A DNA stretch of 33,826 nucleotides from Thermoplasmata archaeon (lineage in GTDB: Archaea; Thermoplasmatota; Thermoplasmata; Lutacidiplasmatales; UBA184): NCBI GenBank assembly GCA_030046135.1, contig JASIEC010000029.1, positions 1 through 33,826 of the forward strand, given 5' to 3'. Numbering within the stretch: the stretch's first letter is position 1; every line of letters begins with the position of its first letter. Shown one piece after another: positions 15,563 through 23,674 of this stretch. The notes under the pieces are model-generated. The model saw nothing but the letters and a program-made list of their open reading frames with translations. It did not search any database and was not told the origin of the DNA. The position numbers and the translations under genes were made by a program.

Positions 15563-16491
15563 GCCGGGGCCTCCGCCTTCAGCGTCCCCTCGTCCATCCG
15601 GCCGACGAGCCGGACAAAGACGTCCTCGAGCGTGTCCACCTCGGTCGAGAACGAGTCCCAGGGGATCCCGCTCCGGTCGATCGCGGCGAGGACGCGGAGG
15701 GCGTCGTGCCGGTCGGCGAGCTCGACCTCGACGCGACCGTCCGCGGCCCGGGCGGAGACCCCGAGGTCGCGCACGAGGAGCGGGGCGAGCGCCGGGGCCG
15801 CTTCGACGCTGAGCCGGGCGGGTCGCCCGTGGCTCCGGACGATCTCGGCCGGGGTCCCCGAGGCGATGATCCGGCCCCGGTGGAGGATCGCCACACGATC
15901 GGCGAGCAGCTCGGCCTCCTCGAGGTAGTGGGTCGTGAGGAACACCGTGCGCCCGCTCGAGCGGAGGTTCCGGATCACGCCCCAGAGCGCCCGTCGGGCG
16001 TGGGGGTCGAGCCCTGTCGTGGGCTCGTCGAGGAAGCAGATCTCGGGGTCGTTCGTGAGAGCGAGGGCGAGGCCGAGCTTCTGCTTCTGGCCGCCCGAGA
16101 GCGTGTCGAACCTCGCCTCGGCCTTGTCGAGGAGCTCCACGCGGGCGAGCAGCTCCGCGGGGTCCACCGAGGTGCCGAACAGGGTCCGGTAGTACTCGAT
16201 CGCCTCCCGCGCGGTGATCTTGTCGAAGAACCGGAACTCCTGGGGAAGGACCCCCACGCGCCGGCGCAGGCTCGCCCCGTCGGTCCACGGGTCGAGACCG
16301 AGGATCGAGACCGTCCCGCCGGTCCTCCGGCGCAGGCCCTCGAGGATCTCCACCGTGGTGGTCTTCCCCGCGCCGTTCGGCCCGAGGAAGGCGAAGACCG
16401 TCCCGGCGGGGACTTCGAAGTCGATCCCCCCGACCGCCACGAGCTCACCGTACTGCTTCGTGAGCCCGCGGACCTCGATCGCGGTCGGCAC
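15559..16491 (-). CDS. ABC transporter ATP-binding protein (ABC-2/DrrA-like)
   Basis: Walker A GPNGAGKTT, Q-loop, signature LSGGQKQKL, Walker B ICFLDEPTTGLD and H-loop TTHYLEEA. The only in-frame start near the domain is GTG 16489-16491. Confidence 0.9.
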   Translation of the reverse strand: MPTAIEVRGLTKQYGELVAVGGIDFEVPAGTVFAFLGPNGAGKTTTVEILEGLRRRTGGTVSILGLDPWTDGASLRRRVGVLPQEFRFFDKITAREAIEYYRTLFGTSVDPAELLARVELLDKAEARFDTLSGGQKQKLGLALALTNDPEICFLDEPTTGLDPHARRALWGVIRNLRSSGRTVFLTTHYLEEAELLADRVAILHRGRIIASGTPAEIVRSHGRPARLSVEAAPALAPLLVRDLGVSARAADGRVEVELADRHDALRVLAAIDRSGIPWDSFSTEVDTLEDVFVRLVGRMDEGTLKAEAPA

Positions 16492-16547
16492 GGGCGGTCG
16501 GACGGACGTGGGCCGAGAAAGCTCCTTCCCCCGGCGACCCTCGCGCC

Positions 16548-18716
16548 CTAGCCGGTCGCGAGCTCTCCGGTCGTCCCGGGCGCGATCGTCACCGAGCCGG
16601 TCGGGCCGTCCGCCCGGAGCGCCGTCGTCCCGTCCCAGCGGACGCGCAGGCGTCCGGGAGCGAAGTCGATCGAGGCGAGGCCCCGCCCCACCCGGAGCCG
16701 CTCGAGCGCGGCGGAACGCCAGCCGGCGGGGAAGCGGGGTCGGAGCCCGATCCGGGGCGCCCGAGCGTCGACCGTGATCCCCCAGAGCCCCTCGAAGACG
16801 GCGGAGAGGAACGGGGCGAAGCTGAGACCGAGCAGGAAGCAGGAGTCGAACGGTTCCGGGCGATCGCCCCGATAGCACTCGTTCACCTCCCCTCCCTCCT
16901 CGACGAGCCTCGCCGCGATCCGCCGCAGGTAGTCGACGCCCCGGGCCGCGTCGCCCACCGAGAACGCTGCGTCGGCCGCCCAAGCGGTCGCGATCGGCCA
17001 CACCTGGCCCGCGTGGTACGCTTCCGGAGAGTACTGGGGGTCGTGGGAGGAGAGCGTCCGCACGCCCCAGGGGGTGGTGAGGTCGTCGCGGGCGGCCCGC
17101 TCGACGATCGCGCGGGCGACCGGGGCGTCGAGGAGGCCCGCGCTGACCGCCCGCAGGGCGTTGGGGCGGATCTGGGCGACGGGCCGGTCGCCCCGGACGC
17201 TGTCGTAGAGGTACGACTCCTCCGGCCAGGCGTACACGCGCCGGATCGAGGCGGTCAGGCGGTCGGCGAGCGACGCGAGCTCGGCCGGATCGATCGCGCT
17301 CGCGAGGGTGTCGGAGAGCTCGAGGGTGGAGCGGAGCGCGCCGAGCCAGAGGACCTGGACGTCGATCGCGTGATCCCTCCGGTCCGCGGAGTCCCAGATG
17401 GTCGTGTCGACCGCGTCGATGCCGTACCGCACCTTCGAGAGCCCGGCGGTCGCCTGCTCGATCGCCGCGGCCTCGCCGCCGTTCCGCAGCAGCCCGGTTC
17501 CCTCGGCCGTCCGGCGGCGGCCCCACGCGACGATGCGGTCGACGACATGCCCCCAGGGGGCGACGAGCTCGGTATCCCCCGAGTGGCGCAGCAGCCGGAG
17601 GACGAGGTCCGGGAAGTAGAGGGTCGTGTCGGAGGTCCCGTAGAGGAAGATCGGTCCGGGAGAGAGCTGCATGGGGAGCTCCCCCGGCTCCCCGCCGAGC
17701 ATCGGGAGCTCGGCCCGGTCCTGGAACCGGAACGTCGAGTCGAGCGATCGGGCCGCCCAGTCGAAATCCCCGAGCCACACCACCGCCGGCAGCATCCAGG
17801 CGAGGTCCCGGCCCCAGATCGACGAGTACCACGGGTACCCCGCGACGAGCCCGGTGAGGCCGTTGCCGGGGCTCGCGTAGAGCCGTCGGAGCGCGAGACG
17901 CGCCAGATTGTACCCCCGCTCGAGCTCGGGGGCGTCCGGGAGTCGGACGGTCGGCGTCGTGGCGAGCCACGTCCAGTCCGCTCGGGAGATCGCGCCCGCG
18001 GCCGCCGCCGGATCGGCGAGGAACCGGGGCGCGTGGCTTCCAATCCGGTCGAGGTCCCGCTCGAGGCCTCCCGACACCGAGAACCTCGCCTCGGCCGGGG
18101 CGCCGGGCTCGAGGGCGAGCTCGTGAACGGTGCCGAGCTCGGAGACCGGCCCCGCGTAGTGTCCGCCTCGCCAGGAGGCTCGGTTGAGGAGAAGCTGCGA
18201 GGGGGCCGCCGACCAGCGCAACGAGAGGGCGAACCCCCGATTGCGGACGCGGATCTCGTCGGCCCGGGTCTCGACACGGAACTCGGTCGGCCGGATCCCC
18301 TCGACGAGGACGGGGAGCAGGAACGGAGAGAGGGAGCTCTCGATCCGGATCGTCGCGCGCTCGGTCGCCGTCGATCGAACGGCTAGACTGCGGGTCACCC
18401 CGGGCAGGCCGTGGAGGGGAGCGAGCGACTGCTCCGCCGACAGGGAGCCCCACCGATGCGAGCTCGCGAACAGCTCCCCCACGATCCCACCGGCGGTCCG
18501 CGAGCCGGGCAGGTCCCGGGATCCGTCGTCCGACCCGACGGCGAGGCGCCACGGGCCCGTCAGCCGGACCAGCTGGCCGTAGACGCCTCCCCACTCGACC
18601 GGCGACCCCCGCGTCTCTCGGAGAAGCTCGACGTCCCCCCGCCCGTCCAGCACGACCGCCGAGGTGAGGCTGCGAAGGAGGTGGCCCCCCGACCGGGCCG
18701 CGGCCGACCCCGTCAT
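16548..18716 (-). CDS. Amylo-alpha-1,6-glucosidase family protein (archaeal-type glycogen debranching enzyme-like, GDE_C)
   Basis: GYPWYSSIWGRDLAW..., TIWDS...IDVQVLW, IRPNAL..., TPWGVRTLS...YHAGQVWP and EGGEVNECY are (alpha/alpha)6-barrel GDE_C-type motifs. ATG 18714-18716 overlaps the upstream stop (ATGA). Confidence 0.8.
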   Translation of the reverse strand: MTGSAAARSGGHLLRSLTSAVVLDGRGDVELLRETRGSPVEWGGVYGQLVRLTGPWRLAVGSDDGSRDLPGSRTAGGIVGELFASSHRWGSLSAEQSLAPLHGLPGVTRSLAVRSTATERATIRIESSLSPFLLPVLVEGIRPTEFRVETRADEIRVRNRGFALSLRWSAAPSQLLLNRASWRGGHYAGPVSELGTVHELALEPGAPAEARFSVSGGLERDLDRIGSHAPRFLADPAAAAGAISRADWTWLATTPTVRLPDAPELERGYNLARLALRRLYASPGNGLTGLVAGYPWYSSIWGRDLAWMLPAVVWLGDFDWAARSLDSTFRFQDRAELPMLGGEPGELPMQLSPGPIFLYGTSDTTLYFPDLVLRLLRHSGDTELVAPWGHVVDRIVAWGRRRTAEGTGLLRNGGEAAAIEQATAGLSKVRYGIDAVDTTIWDSADRRDHAIDVQVLWLGALRSTLELSDTLASAIDPAELASLADRLTASIRRVYAWPEESYLYDSVRGDRPVAQIRPNALRAVSAGLLDAPVARAIVERAARDDLTTPWGVRTLSSHDPQYSPEAYHAGQVWPIATAWAADAAFSVGDAARGVDYLRRIAARLVEEGGEVNECYRGDRPEPFDSCFLLGLSFAPFLSAVFEGLWGITVDARAPRIGLRPRFPAGWRSAALERLRVGRGLASIDFAPGRLRVRWDGTTALRADGPTGSVTIAPGTTGELATG

Positions 18717-19267
18717 GCGTCCTCCGGTCGGCGCAGGGTGTCCTGAAACTCGAACCAGACGAGCGGGGGGATCGCGACGCTCTTGAGCTCGAGGCGGACC
18801 GCGAGCGGCCGGTCGACGGTCGGCGGCGGGGCCCGAAGATGGAACTCCGTCCTCACCCCCGGCGCGAGCCGGAGCGGATCGGCTCGCGAGAACGAGTCGG
18901 AGCTCTTCCACGGCCGCCCCTCCTCGCGCACCGAGACGTTCCGAGCGTCGAGGAGCTGCCCGTCGAGAAGGACCCGCACCGAGGAGAACGCGCCGCTCCG
19001 CAACGGGGGATTCGAGAGGGCGAACGAGATGCCGCCGTCGGTCGCTCGCAGGGACCCGGGCTCGTACACCGAGCGCTCCACCGTTTCGGCGACCCAGAGC
19101 AGAGCTTCGAGAGGGTGCGCCCCGAAGTCCGCGCCGATCGAGATCGACTGCCGCAGGAGGGAGAGGATCGCCCCGACCCGCCGGTCGCTCACGGCCGACG
19201 GACCCCCACGCCGGGGGATAGCGGTTCGCGGCGGGCCCCGGGGCGCGTGCGTGCGATCCGGCCCCAC
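18713..19267 (-). CDS. Hypothetical protein translationally coupled to the GDE-family gene
   Basis: High-GC3 frame with stop TGA 18713-18715 inside the ATGA overlap with the next gene. GTG starts are possible at 19265-19267 or 19190-19192. The sequence looks beta-rich (ISFALSN..., VRVLLDGQLL..., VRLELKSV...). No known motif recognised. Confidence 0.5.
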   Translation of the reverse strand: MGPDRTHAPRGPPRTAIPRRGGPSAVSDRRVGAILSLLRQSISIGADFGAHPLEALLWVAETVERSVYEPGSLRATDGGISFALSNPPLRSGAFSSVRVLLDGQLLDARNVSVREEGRPWKSSDSFSRADPLRLAPGVRTEFHLRAPPPTVDRPLAVRLELKSVAIPPLVWFEFQDTLRRPEDA

Positions 19268-19368
19268 TTGCTCGGCGAGACGCGGGGTTGCGCGGAGAGC
19301 AACGAGCCCCGCCGGGGCAACCGTTTAACGGGGAGCGTCGCTCCCCCGCCTCCTTCCTGACCCGCTCC

Positions 19369-20310
19369 ATGCCGTCGAACCGTCGTCCGCTCGCCGTCGC
19401 GCTCCGGTCGGACCCGCTCCTGTTCGCCCCCGTGCCTCCCCCGGCGAGGATCCCCGCGTCCCGCGCCGAGGCCCGGCTCGCCGAGCTCGCGGAACTCCTG
19501 GCCCGGGTCCCCCGCGTCGATGCGATCAACGTCCCCGAGCTCGTCGAGGAGAACCACGACGGCCGGCCGCGCTACCGCGCCGGGGACCCTCGAGGGTTCG
19601 CCCGGGAGGTCGCGGCTCGCGCGGGGGCCGAGGCGATCATCAACAAGGTCGTCGCGCACATGCCGGACGCGGAGTCCCTGCGCGCGTGGGCGCGCGAGAC
19701 GGTCGGGCTCGGCCTCCGTCACGCGGTGCTCGTCGGCGGGAGCAGCCGATTCATCCCCTATCCGGGGCCGCCGGTCACGGAGGCGAACACGGTCGTCCGG
19801 CCGTTCTTCGCGGAGGCCGGGGGGCTCCTCGGCAACATCGCGATCCCCCAACGCCGCGGTGAGGCCCACCGGATGGTGAGCAAGACGAAGGCCGGCGCCG
19901 GGTTCTTCACGACGCAGCTCGTTTTCGATCCCGGTCCCGTGGTCGAGCTCCTCCGGAGCTACGACCGGCTCTGCCGGGACGCGTCGATCGCGCCCGCCGC
20001 GGTCGCGGTCAGCCTCGCTCCCGTCGCGGACGAGGCGGACCTCGAATTCGTCCGCTGGCTGGGCGCCGATGTCTCCGACGAGGCCGAGCGAGCGATCCTC
20101 GAAGGGGACGACGGGGAGGCGTCGAGCCGCAGCCTCGACCGGGCGGTGGCGGTTTGGCGCGAGGTCCGAGAGTCGGCCGCCCTCGAGACCCTCCGGGTCC
20201 CGGTCGGCGCGAACATCGAACAGTTGTCGCCGCGACACCTGGCGGACGCCGGGCGGCTCGTCGAAGCGATCGCCTCGGCGCTGAGCCGGCTCGAGTCGAC
20301 GCCCCGCTAG
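19369..20310 (+). CDS. Methylenetetrahydrofolate reductase (MetF)-family protein
   Basis: KAGAGFFTTQLVFD resembles the MTHFR 'GAdfiiTQlfFD' motif, and the layout and ~313 aa size fit a TIM barrel. ATG 19369 chosen (internal Met of the track ORF) downstream of the AT-rich GTTTAAC at 19323-19329. Confidence 0.55.
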   Translation: MPSNRRPLAVALRSDPLLFAPVPPPARIPASRAEARLAELAELLARVPRVDAINVPELVEENHDGRPRYRAGDPRGFAREVAARAGAEAIINKVVAHMPDAESLRAWARETVGLGLRHAVLVGGSSRFIPYPGPPVTEANTVVRPFFAEAGGLLGNIAIPQRRGEAHRMVSKTKAGAGFFTTQLVFDPGPVVELLRSYDRLCRDASIAPAAVAVSLAPVADEADLEFVRWLGADVSDEAERAILEGDDGEASSRSLDRAVAVWREVRESAALETLRVPVGANIEQLSPRHLADAGRLVEAIASALSRLESTPR

Positions 20311-21458
20311 GGAACTCCACCGAGGCGCGATCGTCGGCCCCTGGGCCGGCGCGCCCGTCGAGCCGGGGTCTCGGGGCGGAGGAGACGGCCCCCGACCGCC
20401 CACGGGCGGCCGTCGAGCTCAAGATCCGCGTCGGCGAGAGTGGTCAGGTACGAGAATCGAGACGCGGACCGCCCCCCGGCCGTCGGACGGCCACCCAGCA
20501 GCAGGCCCACCGACCCCGCGGCGAGCTCCCCGACCTCGGGAGCCCGGTCGATCTCAGGGTTGAGCCCGAACGAGACGGCCGCCGGAACGTCCCGGCCGGT
20601 GCCGCCGGACGCATACTCGGCCGCGAACGCCTCGCCTCCGCGATCGAACTCGAACGCCCGCACCCGACCGTCCCGGAACGAGAACTTCGCTCCCAGCGAG
20701 ATCGGGGGCTCCCGGAACCGTTCGAACGTCGGGCGGTTCGCTTCCCACGTTCCCTCCGCGGTGCCGGCGGCGATCGGAACAAAGAGGACCCCGGAGGGGA
20801 GCCGCTGCCAGGAGGCTCCGTCTCGGGCATCCCCGACCTCGGCCCGTCGCCGTCCCGGTCGCAGACCGACCGTGAGGTCCGTGCCGTTCGGGTGGCGGAT
20901 CCTCAGCCGTCGTCCCCGCGAGCCCCGCGCGAGCCACCGGGCGAGCTCGCCGGCGAGTCGCTCGGGCGTCACGAGGCTTCCCCTCAGGATCTCCCGTCTC
21001 CACCCGGCGAGGTCGACGCCGTAGCGGGCGGCGGCGGTCGGCGTGACATCGGAGATCGCGAGGCGAACCGACCGCAGTCGGGCCCGGCCGCCGCGCGGGG
21101 TCCTTCGCTCGCCGTCGCGGCGTACGACGGCCGCCACGTCGCCGGGTCGGAGCCCAAAGAGGCGGGGGAACGCCTCCGGCCCGCCGAGATAGACGTACGC
21201 GTCGCTCACCTCGGCCAGGGCGTCGACCGTGCGGGGCCACGGGCCGCGCCGGAGGAAGGCGAGGGAGCGGAAGAACGCTTCCTCGTCCTCCACGACGAGC
21301 ACGGGATGCGCGCCGAGGCGGCGCGCTTCCGGGAGGAACGCGCGGGCCCAGGGGAGCGCGTGGCTCCATGTCTCGACCGTGACGACCTCGCCTCGACGGA
21401 TCCGCAGCGATCGCTCGAGCACCGCGCGGGCCAGGGTCTCCTCGCTCCCGTCCGGCAC
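20307..21458 (-). CDS. Peptidase M29 (aminopeptidase T/AmpS)-like protein, possibly non-catalytic
   Basis: The N-terminal LARAVLERSLRIRRGEVVTV... and the central HPNGTDLTVGL match the M29 'GpGTDLtvgl' block. GTG start is preceded by GGAGG (21464-21468). Positions I remember as metal ligands appear substituted (see findings). Confidence 0.5.
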   Translation of the reverse strand: MPDGSEETLARAVLERSLRIRRGEVVTVETWSHALPWARAFLPEARRLGAHPVLVVEDEEAFFRSLAFLRRGPWPRTVDALAEVSDAYVYLGGPEAFPRLFGLRPGDVAAVVRRDGERRTPRGGRARLRSVRLAISDVTPTAAARYGVDLAGWRREILRGSLVTPERLAGELARWLARGSRGRRLRIRHPNGTDLTVGLRPGRRRAEVGDARDGASWQRLPSGVLFVPIAAGTAEGTWEANRPTFERFREPPISLGAKFSFRDGRVRAFEFDRGGEAFAAEYASGGTGRDVPAAVSFGLNPEIDRAPEVGELAAGSVGLLLGGRPTAGGRSASRFSYLTTLADADLELDGRPWAVGGRLLRPETPARRARRPRGRRSRLGGVP

Positions 21459-21676
21459 TAGGCCCTCCTCATGCGACGGGAGCCGACGGTCCGCTCCTCA
21501 CGGGGCCGGCCGCCGGCTCGAGCGAGGTCGCGGTACGGCCGGTCCTGAGCGTCACGGGGGCTCTCCGGGACCCCCTCCCGACGCGGTCGGGCGAGCCCGG
21601 GGCCCGCGACCGAACGCCGTGCGCCACTTACCGTTTCGTTCGAGGGCCGGGAGGCGCCGGGACCCGAGGGCCCGCC

Positions 21677-22327
21677 TCAGACGAGGGTCTTGGTGAGCAT
21701 CGAGACCGCGGCGCTGAGGTCGGTCGAGTGGAGGAGGAAGATCGTGTCCGTGTAGCAGGAGAGGGCCTCCACGATGTTGATCCCTTGGCTGGAGAGGACG
21801 CCGGTGAGGAGCCGGAGGAGCCCCGGGGTCTCCTCGATGCTCTCGGGGCTCGTGACCGCCACCTCCACGAGCCCCTTTCGCACCCGGACCACCTGACCCT
21901 CCCGAAGGGGCCGGAGCACCCGGTCGACCGAGTCCTCGTCGACGAGCACGACGGTCCCTCGGGAGACCTGGATCACGCGACAGAGCGAGCCTTCGTCCAG
22001 GAGCTCCTCGACAACGTCCCCGAGTCGCTGCAGGACGTCCGCCCCGAGTCCGAGGGTCAGCGCGGCGACCTTGGTCCGGGTCTCGATCCGGCTCTTCCGG
22101 AGAACGCGACGGACCCCCGCCTCGCGGACCCCCTCGCCCCGGCCCCGGGGGAAGCGCCGGACGGCGGCGATCACCGCCTCGGGGCGCTTGACGCCGAGCT
22201 CGGCCGAGACCCGACGCGCGATCGCCGAGTGGTTCGCGACACCGGCTCGGATCGCGTCCGCGAGCACAGGATCCGCGTCGAGGTACTCCCGGACCTGGCG
22301 GGCGATGGAAGGAACCGAGGTCGTCAT
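21677..22327 (-). CDS. ACT-domain protein with N-terminal HTH-like region (archaeal 'predicted regulator of amino acid metabolism' type)
   Basis: The N-terminus SIARQVREYLDADPVLADAIRAGVANHSAIARRVSAELGV is HTH-like. The C-terminus VAVTSPESIEETPGLLRLLTGVLSSQGINIVEALSCYTDTIFLLHSTD is a typical ACT fold signature. It is divergent from argG. Confidence 0.6.
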   Translation of the reverse strand: MTTSVPSIARQVREYLDADPVLADAIRAGVANHSAIARRVSAELGVKRPEAVIAAVRRFPRGRGEGVREAGVRRVLRKSRIETRTKVAALTLGLGADVLQRLGDVVEELLDEGSLCRVIQVSRGTVVLVDEDSVDRVLRPLREGQVVRVRKGLVEVAVTSPESIEETPGLLRLLTGVLSSQGINIVEALSCYTDTIFLLHSTDLSAAVSMLTKTLV

Positions 22328-22382
22328 GAATGTCGGATATTGGACAACTATGCCCAGCGATGTCGGGAGACGGTCGCCTCCT

Positions 22383-22389
22383 ATAAATC
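22383..22389 (+). promoter_or_regulatory. TATA box (TATAAAT) of the argG-lysK operon
   Basis: Canonical TATA heptamer 21 nt upstream of the argG GTG (22411), predicting a leaderless or near-leaderless mRNA. Confidence 0.55.
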
Positions 22390-22410
22390 CTCGAGGACGC
22401 GTGAGGCGGC

Positions 22411-23673
22411 GTGAACGAGGCGCTCGCGGTGGCCCGACAGAAGGTAGTGCTCGCCTACTCGGGCGGCCTCGACACCTCCGTCGCCATCCCGTGGCTCCGG
22501 GAGACGAAGAACCTCGATGTCGTCACCGTGACGGTCGACGTCGGCCAGCCCGTGGATCTCGACGGGGTCCGGGCCAAGGCCGCCGAGTCCGGCGCGGTCG
22601 CGTCGTACGTCGCGGACGCCCGGCGCGAGTTCGCGGAGGAGTTTGTCCTGCCCGCGCTCCGGGCGAACGCCCTGTACGAGGGGGTCTATCCGGTCAGCAC
22701 CGCCCTCGCCCGGCCCCTGATCGCCCGCCACCTCGTGGCCGCCGCCCGGCGCGAGCACGCGGCGTACGTGGCGCACGGCTGCACGGGCAAAGGGAACGAC
22801 CAGGTCCGCTTCGATCTCTCGACGACGAGCCTCGCGCCCGAGCTGGGCGTGATCGCTCCCGCCCGCGAGTGGAAGATGAACCGCGACGAGGAGGTCGCCT
22901 ACGCGGCGGCGCACGGCATCCCCGTCGCCGCGACCCGCGCCTCGCCGTACAGCACGGACGAGAACCTCTGGGGACGGTCGATCGAGTGCGGGATCCTCGA
23001 GGATCCGGCCGTCGAACCGCCCGAGGAGGTCTATGCCTGGACCCGATCGCCCCTCGAGGCGCCCGAAACGCCGGCGTACGTCCGGCTCGAGTTCGAGGCC
23101 GGGAACCCCGTCGCGCTCGACGGCGTCCGCCTTCCGTTCGTCGACCTGATCGCCCGGTTGAACCGGGTCGCGGGGGAGCACGGCGTGGGCCGGATCGACC
23201 ACCTCGAATCGCGCGTTGTCGGGATCAAGTCCCGCGAGGTGTACGAGTGCCCTGCCGCGACGGTGCTCGTGAAGGCGCACCAGGGCCTCGAGGCGTTGAT
23301 CCTCCCGCGGGACGTCCTTGAGTTCAAGCGGTCGGTCGAGCTGAGGTACGCCTCGCTCATCTACGACGGGCTCTGGTTCTCCCCGCTGAAGGCCGCGCTC
23401 GACGCGTTCGTCACCTCGACCCAGGAGCGGATCTCGGGCGAGGTGTCGATGAAGCTCTACAAGGGGTCGGCCCAGATCGCGGGCCGGCGCTCCCCGTACT
23501 CGCTCTACCAGGCGGGACTCGCCACGTACTCGTCGGGGGATCGGTTCCGCCCGGAGATGGCGGAGGGGTTCATCTACGTCTGGGGACTCCCCGCGCGGAC
23601 CTGGGCTGCGATCGGCCCGGACGCCGCGGGGGCCGAGGCGCCGAAGCCCCGGGTCGCCCGGCCGCACCACTGA
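22411..23673 (+). CDS. argG: Argininosuccinate synthase
   Basis: AYSGGLDTS (N-type ATP pyrophosphatase P-loop), GCTGKGNDQVRF, STDENLWGRS and ESRVVGIKSREVYE. Confidence 0.95.
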   Translation: MNEALAVARQKVVLAYSGGLDTSVAIPWLRETKNLDVVTVTVDVGQPVDLDGVRAKAAESGAVASYVADARREFAEEFVLPALRANALYEGVYPVSTALARPLIARHLVAAARREHAAYVAHGCTGKGNDQVRFDLSTTSLAPELGVIAPAREWKMNRDEEVAYAAAHGIPVAATRASPYSTDENLWGRSIECGILEDPAVEPPEEVYAWTRSPLEAPETPAYVRLEFEAGNPVALDGVRLPFVDLIARLNRVAGEHGVGRIDHLESRVVGIKSREVYECPAATVLVKAHQGLEALILPRDVLEFKRSVELRYASLIYDGLWFSPLKAALDAFVTSTQERISGEVSMKLYKGSAQIAGRRSPYSLYQAGLATYSSGDRFRPEMAEGFIYVWGLPARTWAAIGPDAAGAEAPKPRVARPHH

Positions 23674-23674
23674 C

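Noticed and set aside
19284-19330. Inverted repeats GGTTGC (19286-19291) / GCAAC (19299-19303) / GCAACC (19317-19322), and a CCGTT-T-AACGG palindrome around the TATA-like box in the divergent hypothetical/MetF-like spacer
   Set aside because: The arms are short (5-6 bp) and have no second copy elsewhere in the window. This is plausible as an operator, but I can't tell it apart from chance without comparative data.
16492-19529. N-terminal extensions of the ABC ATPase ORF (to 18594) and of the GDE-family ORF (to 19529)
   Set aside because: The domain homology starts at GTG 16491 and ATG 18716 respectively. The extensions overlap upstream same-strand genes in other frames and are Arg/Pro-rich junk.
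21469-21627. 52-codon GTG-initiated ORF in the 218-nt gap (MAHGVRSRAPGSPDRVGRGS...)
   Set aside because: It is Arg/Gly/Pro-rich, with high GC at second as well as third positions. It uses AGG/AGA codons that are unusual for the real genes here. It has no TATA box at -25 and no SD, so it looks non-coding.
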